From Caecitellus pseudoparvulus (lineage: Eukaryota > Protista > Bigyra: Bicosoecida): a stretch of 64,000 nucleotides of DNA. Location: contig CBFFRQ010000056.1 of the NCBI GenBank assembly GCA_965644315.1, forward strand, positions 310,001 to 374,000, written 5' to 3'. The notes under the pieces are model-generated. The model worked only from the letters and a program-made list of their open reading frames with translations. It made no database searches and was not told the DNA's origin. A program made the position numbers and the translations under genes. Numbering within the stretch: the stretch's first letter is position 1; the number at the start of each line of letters is the position of its first letter. Below, piece after piece: positions 46,864-60,000 of the stretch.

Positions 46864-49800
46864 TCAACGAGAGGAAACGTTGATGGCACTGAACCTGACC
46901 ACGCCTGCCTCTGCAGCCGGGCGCTCCATCGACAGCACCCGCTCAGCAGCAGAGCTCCACGGACCGTACTGTACTGCTCGCGATGCCTCTGCTTGGGGGG
47001 AATGCCGCGAATCTGGGGCGCCTAGAGGCGGCAAAGTCCCCCTGGAAATGGGCAATCGCAGCAGGTCACCGGGCTTCCCCCTCCAGACAGCCCCATGAAG
47101 GGGGGCAGGGGTTTCCCAAGAAGTGACGGTCATCTCTTGTCCTTGTCCCAGTGAAGTGTGTGCTTCAGCGGGTGCAGCGGAAAGACTAGCGTGCTCAAAA
47201 TGGAGGATGGGAACATGCGCTCCCGGAAGCACGCCACGCCAAGCTGCAACTGTTTGCTGAGCAAAGGTCCGACCGCTGGGGTGCCACGTCGCAACAATGA
47301 CGCAATGCACTCCCCATGGCTGAAGAGGAGCTTTCTTCTGTCGCTGCAGCTGGGAAAATAACTCGGGGTCTAATATGCAAGGCGCCGGGGCATAGCACGG
47401 CGGAGCACCCCCAGAGGACGTCGACGAAGACCGACCTCCTTCGGCTGGACTGCCCGAACGGGCCAGGGTAGGCGGGGCAGACGAAGCCTGAGAAGACAAG
47501 CTGCCTTGGTCGCCAAGCCTTGGCCGAAACCCTCCTCGACTGGTGTGATGAAAAGGGGCGAGACTGGACAAGATTGGGTCTTGCTTGATGACCTCCTGCC
47601 AAATCGCCGCAGGCACTTCCAACTCCGCGAGAGTTGACACTTCCCGCTCAGCTTCCGAAGAACTGTCACTTTCCGCATGCAGCAGGCTGTGAACAACTTG
47701 AAATGCAGCTCCTGCGCAACACAGTGCGCGCTTCAGCCCCTGGTCCAGCGCCTCTGCTGATGTGAACACGGCAGGCACGGTGTGTCCGTGTTCAAGCAGG
47801 CATGCCTCCAAACCAGCTGCTTGCTCAGCATCATCAGTGACAATGAGGAAGCTTCTCGTCCGGACAAGGCGCTCGACTGTCAGCAGCAGGCGGTGGCGAT
47901 CCACAGGCTTCGCCTCCACCATGGACATGCCAGCAGCAACGTAGTGCTCAACATCCGCTGCGTCGCTGTTCGCTGTCACAGCAACCACCGGGACAAAGGA
48001 GCTCAACGCAGCGACCTCCAGCAATCGAAGCAAACGCGAGGAGGGCATGCCTCCGATGCCAGGTGACATGTTTATGTCGAAGCACAAGACACTAGCTTGA
48101 GTGCTGCACGAAGCAGCTTCCAGGTGCCCACTGCGCCATGGCTCGCAAGAGAAGTGTTGCGTCAGCAGCGAAATGCCGTCGCTTGCCTTCAAAATAGACA
48201 AGTGGGGCTGCTTTCGGAGGAAATTCACCATCATTCTGCGCTGGGCAGCATCATCGTCAGCAACACCAATGACAGTCGGGTGGCCCATTCCCCACATCCA
48301 CGTGGACACCACGTCCGTGGCGCGTGCTTGGGTTGTGAAGCTGGAAATGCGATGCCGCAGCGTGGCTAAGGCCTTCAGAGCGGCACCCGGCTGCTGCATG
48401 CACATGTCCCAGTCTGTGGCAGGATGCCATGGTGCCAGCACACGCAGCATGGTCCCGGCTTCTTCAGCGTCGCCGTCTTCGTCAAGAGCCGGCGTGCCAC
48501 TCTCCGCGCGCCCCTGAGAGAGCCTGCGCCCGGAACGGGAGCTACGCCTGCCACTGGCAGCTCCTAGGCCTGGCATGGAAGCTGCCCCTTCACCTGGCAG
48601 GCCCACCACCCGACTGGCCATGTTAAGGTCAGCTAGCATTACTTCAGATGCTTGCTTCAACGCTGCGTGGTGTGGTGAAGCGGTACTGGAGCTGCTGGCG
48701 TCATCTAGCTGAACGACAGATGCCGACGGCGGTGTGGCATCTGGCAGCACTTCAGGCACGAGAGGAGGCAAGCGGCTGGTGTACACGCGAGCAGAGGTGC
48801 CCTTCTGGTCGGGGGCGTGGCCGATCCCAATGAAGCTGGAGCTTGAACTTCGCGTTATCATGTCTCCATCGTGGGAAATACTGCTTAGCACTCGCGCCGC
48901 CGCATCTCCAGCAAGGTCTGCTGCGCTGGGGACTGCGAGGTGGGATGACAGCTTCCTTGGCTTGCAAACCTCGTGCACCCTCCAAATGAGGGCACTCCCC
49001 AACCGGGGTTCATCGCTTCCTGTGCAGAGCGGGGCCCAGCTGGAATCTGGGTGGTCGCCTTCCCACTGTGGAGGTGCAGGCACTGTACACGCATCATGCC
49101 AGGGCTTCAGTCGCTCGCACCCCGCCAAGAACTCCTGGAACTCTGGCCAGCTTGTACTCTCTTCTTGGGCACGAGGGCGTGCTGGGGTGGAGTCATCGAG
49201 CATGGGGAAGTCGAAGTGGGCTGGCTTACCTGCGCCTGCCTGGAAGTTCAGTACGCTGCCACCACCACTGTCCACCGAGTCGGTCGACGGCACCCGCACG
49301 CCAAGGGAGGCATTGAACCAAAATGTGCTGCCCTGCCCATGAACGCTTGCAAGGTCAGCTCCTCCTCCCATGTTCTCAGCAAGGGTTCGGACGATCATCA
49401 GCCCAAGCCCCGAACCGCCGTGCTGCCTTGCGACTGACGCACGGGCCTGCTGAAACGACTTGAACAAGCGTGAGGCTTCTGAAGGAAGCAGCCCTGGGCC
49501 ATTGTCGATCACACGAAAGAGAATTCTTACTGCAGCAGGGACAGACACTGTGCGAGGGGTGGCGGAATTGCCGCGGCGCCAGCCCCACCCGCCCCCTTCC
49601 TCCTCGTCGGAGGCGGTGCTTTCTGGCCCTGACGCACCCGCTGTCTTGTACCTTCGGAGTGAAAGGCGGGCATGTGGAGACTGCCACATGGCCTCACCGC
49701 CGGGGTCTGCGCCTTTTAAGACACTGCGAGAGCTTCGGCTCACCGTTCTCAGTTCACTCAGTGATCGCCTGCGGCTGCCCCGCCCACGAGCACTTCCAGG

Positions 49801-51587
49801 ACGAGAAACCGCCTCGTCGCTTGACACCTTTCTGTCTTGCCAAGATGGGGAAGTGCCTCGCTGTCCAGGTAATGCAGAAAGTTTTGGGGCGGAGGCCTTG
49901 AAGGTGCCCTCGCTGCTCGTCGGCTGGGACGCAGCAATGGGAACTTGCGAGGTGCTGAGGACCTCTTGCATATTGACAAAGACATACACTCTCCCGCTTT
50001 GTGCAGGCACGAACTTGCAGGCATTGCTGACCAAGTTCGTCAAGCACTGAGCTATCCTGCTTGGATCCCCAATGACCAGGGAGGGTACGTCGCACGCAAT
50101 GAAGACTTGCACATCCAAACCCTTCAGCTCCGCGACGCCTCTGAACTGATGCACGCACGTCGTGACCAGCGTGTCAAGGTTGAACGCCACAGACTCTGTG
50201 CTCATTGCACCGGACGCAATCTTGTTCATGTCCAAGACGTCAGTGAGGACGCTGCGCATCTGCCTGCATGACAGTTGCATGTCGTGCACCTGCTCCCTCT
50301 GGTCACCAGACAGCTCCTCATCTTCTGCTAGCAAGTCACAGTTCCCATTCAAAGCATTAAGGGGATTACGCAGCTCGTGGCAGATGAAGGACAAGAAATC
50401 TGTGACGTTGCCTCGCTCTTTTTCTGCCCGCAGATTTGCCAAGAAGGCTTCTCGCGTGCTGGCCTCCACTAAGAACAGCCAAATGCAAGTGATGAACAAC
50501 AGCCCCACATAAATTCCCAAAGATGAGAAGAAGTCTGCCGTGGAACCCTCTGGGATCTCGCCACTTGCCTCGGCTTCACGAAGTATGGGAGCCTCCCAGG
50601 CGAGTCGGCTTGCAACGGTGAAGGGAACGCTGGAAGGGGAGCACGAGTAGGAAGCGGGGTGACAGAACAAGCTGCAGGTGGGGCCTGTGGTGCGCGACTT
50701 GAACGCACAGGAACAGGAGGAACCAAGCAGCTGTTGCGCTGGGTATGCGGAGGAACATTGGAAGGCTGAACCCGAGTGCCACCGCCCAGATGATGTCGAA
50801 GGCCACCTGCAAGGAAGGAGGAACCCAAGCTTGCGATTCCAGGTCAACATGTATAAGGCCCCTTGCTTCGTCTCTGAGAGATCTGGCTTGCGGCAGGAAA
50901 CGCAGGGCTCAAGACTCACGCGAAGAATGGAGGACGAACAAGTCAAGCACCCGTGGTCTGCTGGAATGACAGACCCAAGGGAAACAGATAGCACTGTCAC
51001 GAATGCAGAGAGACAAAAGCACCCCATGGTGGCCACATGCCTGAATCGCCAATTCATGACGTGGGCACTGAATGGAACGAGACTGGGAAGGGCGTCGGAG
51101 CAGTCTAGTTGAGTGCGCAGGCATGGCGCGGCCAACCAGAGTTGCTGACTCACACGTGCAGGACAAGCAAGGCAGAGAAGGCTGCTAGTTGAACGCAGTT
51201 CTCTATCAGCCACAGGGCCTGCGTCGCCTCCTGGTTGAAGCTGGAATCACGGTAAGGGAGGCCATCATTGGCCACAAAGCCACTGAGCGCGATGCACCGC
51301 TGGGCAACCATGGTGCCCAGCACGAGGATCAAACCACACCACGTCAATCCCACAGAGGCCAGGGGCTTCATACTAAACTCCATGTACTGCAGCTCCACTG
51401 ACTGCTCCTCGCTATCCGCCTCCTCTTCAAGGGGCGAGTCCCGACGCGGAAGTGGAAGCACCCATGCACGTGAGCTGCTGCCTCCACAGCACACACACAG
51501 CCTGCGGGGGGCACCCTCTCCTCCTTGGACAAACTCATATCCACCGCAGACGCTGAATCTGACGTAGTACCCAGTGGGGTCCGCCAT
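46864..51587 (-). CDS. Multi-pass membrane hybrid sensor histidine kinase (TMs-HisKA-HATPase-REC-degenerate REC); exons 51587-51154, 51082-50920, 50806-50709, 50629-46864
   Basis: H box FLSFICHELRNPL, N box LTNLVSNACKF, G1 VIDNGPG, F/G2 LFKSFQQA...GGSGLGL, GSTFWF. Receiver VADDD...CFDINM...VAVTA...AKP. Three GT-AG introns join the hydrophobic N-terminal exons in frame (1487 codons). Confidence 0.9.
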
Positions 51588-51832
51588 GCTGAGAATGGCG
51601 GTGCCCTGCTCGCAACGCCCAGCGGGTCGCTGCGACCTCCGAAACCCCAACAACGCACTGTCCCAGGCTTGGAGCGCAGGGCCTGGAAAAAGAGCAGGCA
51701 TCTACCTGCCACATGCAATTATTTTCATTTTATCGCGGTTTCTGAACGCTCGTGAAAGACTGCTCGCCTCTTCGCCCCCCTGGGGGGCTTCGTGACGCTT
51801 GGCTGCCGGCGAGCACCGTAAGCAGCAGGACC

Positions 51833-54511
51833 TTACCCAAAGACAGCTGAGAAAAGCCCTGCTCCAGCATCAGATATGCTCGAGGAGAAAGAGGCTTCCT
51901 TCTGCAAGGCTTGCTGCACTTGCTGCACCTCTGACGGAGACAGCTTCAACAGTTGCCTGATCGCAGGCACCATGCGTTGCTTTTCCCCGCTGTTTGTGCT
52001 GGTAATCCAAGCCAAAACAGCGTTCTTCAAATACAACAGCCGCATAGACGATGGTGTATCGGACTGCCCTTGTGCCTCAGTGCTGTGCGAGGAAGGCCTC
52101 CCTTGGGCTTGCTCCCCATGACCCCCAAGCAGCTCTTCTTCTCGAGCTGCCGCCAACCGCATGTCATCAACTGCTCCTTGAAGGGCTGCGACTCGCTCGC
52201 TTTGTCTCTGCAATTGTGCCCGATAGCTTTCTAGCTCATCTTGTTGTTCTTGAATGCGCTGCTGTGCGGCAGCAACGTGTGCTTTAAGTGCTGCTTCTTG
52301 ATTGTGAGCTACTGCAGGCGCTTCTGCTGACCCTTCAATCCTTGCGCTGCTGGACGACGATCCGGGCTGCTGAGGAGATGAAAGAGCAGCAGACACGGCT
52401 GCTGCTAGTGTCTGCGATTCACTGGCTTCGTCTTTGCGCAAAGATGCCTTGGGAGCCTCAGGCCGGGGGGGTTCGAACGGCTCACTACTACTTCGTATCT
52501 CAGAACTGCCTTGGTCATGATGCGGGGTGAACGTGGGCTGCGAGGAAGGCATTGCTGCCAAGGATGTGTGCAGTGCTTTGTTTTCCGCCCTCAGCTCGAT
52601 AGCTTCCCCAAGAAGCGCCCTGTAGCGTTGCTCTGCAGCCTCGCGCTCAGCAGCAGAATTGTCCACTTCTGCTTGCACTCTGGCACGCTCCTGTGCGATA
52701 GCTTGCTTGATCAGAGCTGCGTGTTCTTTCTTAAGGGATGAAGCTTGCTTCACTTTGGCATTCGCTGTCCCCAGCGCGTCTTCAGCGGCTTCAGCCCTCG
52801 CCTCGGCTTCGGCTAAGGACGCTTTGAGGCGCGGGACCTCCCGTGCCTGAGCCTCAAGGACCACTTGGGCCTCTTGTAGTGAAGAGGTGAGTGCTTGTGC
52901 TTCGTCTAATTCTTGTTGAAGAGCTGCCGCTCGCTTGCTTGCAGCGGCGCTTTCCTTTGCGTCTGCTCCTCCGCGACGAATCGCTGCAGCCGCTCGTGCC
53001 TTGTATGACGCAAGCTCATCTCTGGCGCTCTGCAAGCTTTTTCGAAGACTAGAGGCATCCTCCTGTGCGCCATTTAGCTGCTGCTGCAGTTTCTCGCGCT
53101 GTGTTGCCAAAACGGTCGCACATGCGGCGTTCAAAGTGGCACCTGCCGAGAGTCCAGACAGCATCATGCCGCCAACATGATCTGCCAGGGAAGCGGTGCT
53201 TCCTTGATCCCCGCCGATCCCTTGGAAATCATCGCACCTGACTTCACTCACGCCAACGTGCCTCACACTCTCACCCGACAGCCATGGTGTGCCAGGTGGG
53301 ATCACTACCACCTGGTGACCCTCCTCCGCATGCTCCACAACAGCACATGTCCAAACAGCTTCGCAGCCGCTAGCGACGTGCACAGACACTGCCTCAGGGT
53401 GGCCATCAGCACCTTCGGTGCCCAGTTCTGCAGACAAGCTTGGAAGGGCCACCGAGAACAAGGGCGCTACCCACCCTGGCTGGGCTTGCACAGCAGAGAG
53501 CGATGCCTTTAGCTGCACGACCCGCTGCGCCTGCTTGCGCAACAGTTCTCCGGCCTTCTCCAGCTTCTTACGCGCGTCGTCCAGTTGCTCCTTCGCCGCT
53601 GCCTCTGCAGCTTCCGCACGAGCAGCGACCTCCTCAGCCTCTGCTGCCTCTGCCTGGGCTGCTGCCAACGCATCAGCTGCTTGTGCCGCCTCCTCCTTTG
53701 CAGCGTCGACTGCTCGCTCCCGCACAGCTTCCTCGATCTCCCACTTGGTTCGCTCAGACTCTATCCTCGCCTGACACTGCTCGTTTGCTTCTCGGAGTGC
53801 TTGTGCTGCCTCAGCCTGTTGTTGCGCTGCTGCTGCTCGAGTCTGCTCCAACTGGGCAGCCAACTCTCGGCACTGAGCCGCCCCAGCATCTTCGCATTCA
53901 GCGACAGATTCCTTGGCTGCTACGGCGGCAGACTGCGACGCTGCAAGTTCTCGCTGGAGGTCTGCAGCTGAAGCCCTTGCAGCCTCCAGCTGCGCCTCAC
54001 ACACTCGAAGCTGCTCGTCTCGCTGCGCGAGGTCCGCCGTGAGCTTCTCCATGCGGCCTTTCAGACCGCGCACTCCTAGAAGCATCTCTTTGGCTTTCCC
54101 AAGTTTCCTCTTCAAGTCCTCAACCTCCTGTTCGGCGGCTCCGGGAAGGTGCTCTACTGAAGCTGAGCGGGAGGCCAGTCCACCCTGCCCAGGCGTTGCC
54201 TCTGCCGGGACAGCCCCTTGACCCGACTGCGCTGCCCGAAGTTGCTCCTTAAGGATCTTCACTTCCTCTTGAGCCGACTGCAGCGCTTGTTTCTGCTGCT
54301 CATGGTGCTCTGCAGGCGACGAGCAGAGGGGTTGGCGGGGTGGCAATCTCCGCAGTCACGTGGAGCACGCACCTTGAGCTGCCTTCAGCGCTTCAATTTG
54401 GGCCGCATCCTCCAAGCGCTGCGCCCGCAGCTTCTTGATGTAGGAAACAAGTTGTTGTCTGCTTGGCTCCCCTGTAGCGAGGGGTGCCACGTCGCCTTCG
54501 TGCTCAGCCAT
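51833..54511 (-). CDS. Coiled-coil golgin with C-terminal GRIP domain; exons 54511-54373, 54309-51833
   Basis: Long Ala/Glu/Gln heptad regions. GRIP motif LYLKNAVLAWI...QRMVPAIRQLLKLSPSEVQQV. Confidence 0.85.
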
Positions 54512-54656
54512 GCCGCGGCATGGGAGCCAGCACGCCGTGCCTGCCTTCACGCCGTGTGGGGGGCATGCAACCACACCGGAGTCACGGCTGTGTCCGCTTG
54601 AGTGGCGGCTAGAAAATGTTGAATTCTCCCCCCTTGTGGCTGCACACTGAACGAGC

Positions 54657-56846
54657 TCAGTCAGAGGGTGCAGCCGCGGCACCCTGTCCTGCCGATCCAT
54701 CCACGGTGCTTACCTCAGATAGAGCAGCGATCTGTTCCTCCCACACATGGAGATTCGAAGACAGCTGTGCATGGCAAGACTCCAAGATGTCCAGACCTGG
54801 CAGTGTGGTCAGGGCTGTAAACAGAGGTAAAACCAGCGCCCGGATGAAGCCAGCCTGCGCCTTGCAGCGGGGCACCTTTGAGTCTCGGTCGTTCAGAGGT
54901 CCGACAGGAAGGCCCATCGCCTTCTCGCGGTCTCCCTGGCGCTGGAACTCTTCGACGATTCGGTCCGTCCACTCGGTGTACAAGTGCCAGGGCCGTGCAG
55001 GGTTTGAAATGTCACAGGCGTGCACCAGCATGGACAGCACAAGCAGCTCGTCCTCCGTGGGACTGAATGTGGCCGGATCGGGCAGCGAAGCAGTGGAGCT
55101 TGTGCTGTCACTGCGCGCTTGAGGCTGCCCTGGCCCTGCACCTCCATCATCCCCAGCGGGTGGCAGAACTGACCATGCGATCGGCGTCCCAGAGCCGTGA
55201 CCTTCCTGCGACTCGGTGTCGGCAGCGACATGGCAGGTTGACGGCGATGACGGCAAGGACTCCAAGCGCTGCTGCAGCGCGGCGACATGAGTAAAGTGCA
55301 GCGCATTGTCAGTGCTGAGAATCATGTGGATGATAGCCCGTCGAATGCCTGGCACAGTCCCTTGCGCAAGCCGCCGCAGCGGGTTCTTTCCGCTGTCTTG
55401 CATCAACGAAAACAGCGCCGCTGCGTGCATGTTCTCCAGCGGCGACGCATCGTTGTACTGAATGGCCAGCTTGTGGCTTGTCGCGATGAGGAAGGGGTTG
55501 TTCACACCTGGGTGCCCCATGTCATGCGCTGCCGCAGCAAGGATTGCAGCAAGCTGGGTTTCGTACCGCAGTCGAGCTGCCTTGGCAAGGCCTCCACCAG
55601 TCTCGCACAGCATGAAGAAGACGCCGTGTGCGACGTCGGCCCCGTGCAGAGCATTGTGGTACGGGTTCAAGGCATCGTAGCCCGCAGCCACACCATCGAG
55701 CAGCGCGAGGAGCCTGCCAGGATCGATATCCAGTGCTGCCAGCACGCCCAGCTGCTGCAGGGCCGCCGTCCCAACTGCTACCAGGGGCCGGCAGCCAAAG
55801 ACGGCGCTGTCTTGAAATCGCGCCCGATGCTCACTGAGGATCCTGTCGGGGTTTGAGTCCTGTCGCATGCAGGAGATGTCAGCGACTGGCCCTGGAGGAG
55901 GAATGCTGTCGGCTGCCGTCGTCAACGCTTGCTCGTCATACGCTGCAGACAGAGCGCCAGCACCCTTGAAGATGTCGAAGTCCCACGAGTCCAACGCGTC
56001 CAGAAAGGCTGCCTCGGGGGTGCTTGGCTGCAGGGCTTCCTGCACTGCCTTGTCCGCATCGCCGTGCTGAGCGTAGGCCGCCTTCACGCTGCTGGCAAAG
56101 GACTTGGGGCCAGCAGCGCCGCCCACCGTCACCACGGACACCCGCCGGGGGCTGCCCAGCTGCACATCTGCATCGCTGCCTCTGTTGGTGACAGGGGTGT
56201 GGCTGACCATGCCCATGATGGTGGCTTGTGTTTCAGGGTCGAAAATGTGAGGCTGGGCCGCAAAGGTCTCCCACAGAGAGTCCTCAGAGCCAAGACTGTG
56301 CGCCGAGGTGGTGCGGGACAGTGCTGCCGCAGGGGATGTAAAGCCTGTCTCCCGCCTGCGGCGCGAAGGCCGGGCCAGGGCAGACGTCACGTTGCTTGAC
56401 AGCTCCGATATGGATGCGACGAGGGCATTAATGTCTCGCTGTGTGAGCAAGACTCCCGTGGAGGCAGAGTCTGCAGTCGCAGCGTTTTTCAGCTGGTGCA
56501 CTGCCTGAGTCACGCTCAGCAAACTCTGCTGCAGCGCTGCAGTTCCGCCGCGAGAACGGGCCATCGCAGCTTCCCTTATCCTTCCCATGGAGCCAGGATG
56601 TGGCAGCAGAGGAGGGGAGCTGGTCCCAGGCACCGCTGGTGGCTGGGCAGCCAAGCCTGGTGGTGAGGAGGTTGCTGAGGCACTGCCAGTGGGAGCAGCC
56701 TCCAGGATGGGGCTACCTGCAGAGGGATTCCGTGCCAGCAGAGCAGTTGCGGAAGCTCGACGTTGCTTTGTCGGCCTTGTTGACGCTAGAAGACCCGCCA
56801 AGTCGACATGTGTCGCCGCCACTGGCTGCTGGGTGGTGTCACTCAT
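54657..56846 (-). CDS. Class I 3',5'-cyclic nucleotide phosphodiesterase
   Basis: SWDFDIF, YHNALHGADV, HDMGHPGVNN, YNDASPLENMH, HACDISNPAR, EEFQRQGDREK, AQAGFI. Likely start MSDTTQQ at 56846. Confidence 0.93.
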   Translation of the reverse strand: MSDTTQQPVAATHVDLAGLLASTRPTKQRRASATALLARNPSAGSPILEAAPTGSASATSSPPGLAAQPPAVPGTSSPPLLPHPGSMGRIREAAMARSRGGTAALQQSLLSVTQAVHQLKNAATADSASTGVLLTQRDINALVASISELSSNVTSALARPSRRRRETGFTSPAAALSRTTSAHSLGSEDSLWETFAAQPHIFDPETQATIMGMVSHTPVTNRGSDADVQLGSPRRVSVVTVGGAAGPKSFASSVKAAYAQHGDADKAVQEALQPSTPEAAFLDALDSWDFDIFKGAGALSAAYDEQALTTAADSIPPPGPVADISCMRQDSNPDRILSEHRARFQDSAVFGCRPLVAVGTAALQQLGVLAALDIDPGRLLALLDGVAAGYDALNPYHNALHGADVAHGVFFMLCETGGGLAKAARLRYETQLAAILAAAAHDMGHPGVNNPFLIATSHKLAIQYNDASPLENMHAAALFSLMQDSGKNPLRRLAQGTVPGIRRAIIHMILSTDNALHFTHVAALQQRLESLPSSPSTCHVAADTESQEGHGSGTPIAWSVLPPAGDDGGAGPGQPQARSDSTSSTASLPDPATFSPTEDELLVLSMLVHACDISNPARPWHLYTEWTDRIVEEFQRQGDREKAMGLPVGPLNDRDSKVPRCKAQAGFIRALVLPLFTALTTLPGLDILESCHAQLSSNLHVWEEQIAALSEVSTVDGSAGQGAAAAPSD

Positions 56847-57035
56847 GGCTGATGGCCGCAACGAAGGTGGTGGTAGGATGGAGGGAGGCACTGCACCCGG
56901 CCGTGCTCAGCTTGGAAACCCTGTGCCCCATAGCGACAGGGGCAGCGTGATATTCGTGCAGTTGTTCTGTCATGGGTGAATTGTTGCTCATTTGCAGCAC
57001 TGTGGGTATCGGCTATCCATGCGCCCTTCGCAGAC

Positions 57036-60000
57036 TCAGACTCCGTTCAGGTGGGCACTGAGGTGGTCCTGCAGCAGCTGCTTCACCATGGGCGAGACGT
57101 CAGCTTCCAAGCCGTGGTGCTGAGTAAACCGCTGCGCCAATTCGCCCAAGTCATCCCCCTCTGCCACTTCGATGCGGCCTTGCCGGCCCTCATCAATGTC
57201 GATGTCCAAGCTGAACAGCACCGCTCCCTCCCCTCCACTGCGCACGACGAAGTCGGAAGGCTGGTCCGCGTCCACTTCAGCACTGGCGCCGTGAAAGGCG
57301 TGTAGATCTGGAACAGGGATGCCTGACGAGCCTCTGCTGCTTGGACCCACGCTGGGAGGCGAAGGTGCCTTCCCCTCAGACTCATGGTCAGCCTTTACAT
57401 CACGCGGAGTATCGACACCGCCAGGCCCCTCACCCCCCCCCCTTCTGGGCGGTGGGGGTGGCGCTCGAACTTGCCCCTCTGCAGCTCCACCGGCGCGCCT
57501 TCCTAGAGGCGGCTTCTTCTGCTGCACAGCACCATGGGTCTGCCCTGCTTCCATTCGGGGAGGAGTGGCGCGCCTCGCCCTGTGCACCGCAGCTGGGCGT
57601 GCGTGGCTCATGGACGATGCTGCGCTTGCACGGCGGGAGTGTGGCATGCTGCTCACTGAGGCATCGTCAGTTGTCCACCCAGTGGGGGGCGGAGGGGGCA
57701 TGCTGCGGGGGGCAGGTTCCCGCCCGCGAGAGAGCTGGCCTGCGACCCCCTCCAGTAACTCCTCGCTGGAGCTGTGTGAAAGTTGCTGAGGGCTGTTCGG
57801 TGCCGAACTACGGCCTGCAGGCAGTGACCTCTTGAAGTAAGGCTGGAAGCAAGCGCGGTCCATCTGGCTGACTGATTCGTCGGAGGACGTGGAGCTCGAG
57901 TCGGAGTCATCGTCGCCCACCTGCCACGTTCCGCCGCCTGCACGCCTGAGCAGCTCGCTCATCGCGGCCTGCTGGGGTGTCATCTGCACAAAAGTTGCCA
58001 GTTGACCTGCACTTGGCCGTGCGGCGAGAGCTCCGATGCTAGCGTCGGCATGGGGTCGCGCGGGGGGTTGCTGCGCCACCACATCGGACTCCCTGCGCAT
58101 GGATAGCAACGCTGAGTGAAGCGCATTCGGCACACCGCCGTGATCAGGGTGTGTGGGGAAGCCGCCATCCTTGCGGGAAGGGGCGGACGGCGGCGAGACA
58201 GGCACTGTGGCAGAAGGCCAGGAGTGCACAGAGGAGCTTGGCGGCTGAGCACTTTGCACGAAGCCCTCCAACTGGCTACGCCGAGGGGAAGCTGGTGATT
58301 GTGCGGGTGCTGTTTCCTGCGCTGCGCCAGGGGGCTCTCGTTCTTGCCCTCGGATGTGGCCAGGGCCCCCTGCCACAGAGGCCAGCCAGCCATCCCGACT
58401 GCTGCTGACGTGAGCGAAGGTGGACCCCGGCCTGCTGTCCCGCCCCTGGTCAGGCTGCTTCACGGGCTCAAACGAAATGGAGAGCTGCTCGGCCGTCATG
58501 GCTTCTCTGGAGGCTGCTTCGCTCAGGGCACTCTCCGTTGCAGCCTGCAGTCGGTGGGCCACCTCTTGCCGCACCTTCGCCACCGCCACCTCCGGAAGCA
58601 TGTGTATGCGTGCAAACTCGCTAACAACGGCGTTCGCATCATCGCCGAGATGCAAGTGCAGCACAGCTGGGTCCTGGCCGCCTCCAAGGTTCACGTGAAC
58701 GCTCCCGACGGGCTTGCCGACGAGAAAGGGTGGGAGCTCGGGCCCGGCCCTGCGCTGCACCTGGGCATCGCGACGGCGAACCTTCCGCCCCCTGCGCACC
58801 ACCGCCCTGCGTGGCTCGGGGGCTTCTGGCGCTGCACTGCGCGGCGCGGCAGCTCTCCGGCCAGATCGCAGGTTGAAGGGCTTGGGCACCGTCACACCCC
58901 TCCGTTTGTGGGAACGCTTGCGCGGGGGCGCTCCGCGCACCGCTGCCGTGCGCTGGGTGATCAAGCTTGCAAGCCGGCGTACAGCGTCCTCTTGCAGGCC
59001 ATGCTTGCGCGCAAAGCAGCGCGCGAGCACCATTGCCGGCACGCCTTCTTTCACAGCGAGCTGACCCAAATCCGCACCGTCCCACTTGACATCTATGTAC
59101 AGTAACACGTCCGCTGCCGGCTGGTGGGTGGCAGCGATGGCGGCAGCCCGGTGCATGCTGGCTGCAGTGGGCCTGGTCAAGCGATTGGATGCAGCCGATG
59201 GCATTCCGTCCACGCCTGCCGCTGGCGTCCGCTCCTGTTGGGTGGGCTGCTCGGGTGGGGCCACTCGCTGCGATTCTGCGGCGTGGGGTGGAGCCGCTAC
59301 AGGCGAACGATGGGGGGCGTCGTGCGGCGGCCAGGCAGGGGTGCTTCGGCCAGGCAGAGGGGCGGGTTGACTGGGAGCATGCCTGTGAGAGGGCGGGTGC
59401 AGGGCTTCACTTGCCTCATGGCTGGTGTGTGTGGACTGTTCCCCCGAGCGTGCCCCGTCTTGGCCGACCACCTGCTCCTCCTGCGGGGGCAGGCTTTGCC
59501 CAGACGCAGCATGTAGCGTGGGACTTGCAGACAGCTGCTCCACGTGTGATAGAGCTGAAGCCAGGGCAAAGTCGGCAGCGGCGCCCAGCGCTGCAACGCC
59601 AGCTGTGCTGTGCGGCAGTGGGCTCTGCATCGGAGCAGTCTGTCGTGGGGGCTTGCCGACGAGAGAGCTGACCAAACTGAGGCACTCCAGCAGCTGGAAA
59701 CCAGATTTGGCGCTGATGGTAGTGTGTGCCGCGCCAAAGCGCGCCGCAGCCTCTGCCGCTGAAGCTGGCGGCACGAGCGCGGGTTGGTCTGCACGGCTGC
59801 CAAGCAACACCACGGGTACCTCGGGGTGGGCAGCCGCTAAAGATGGCAAGTACTGCATGGAAAGAGAGAGGTGTGTGCAGGTGCTCCGAGTGGCCTGGGT
59901 GGGGGGACCTCAGGCGTACGCACTGTAGACGCAGCCTCGTGGAAGCTGTGCGGGTCATCCACGGCGTAAAGCACTGCCGCAACAGACAAACCAGCCAGGC

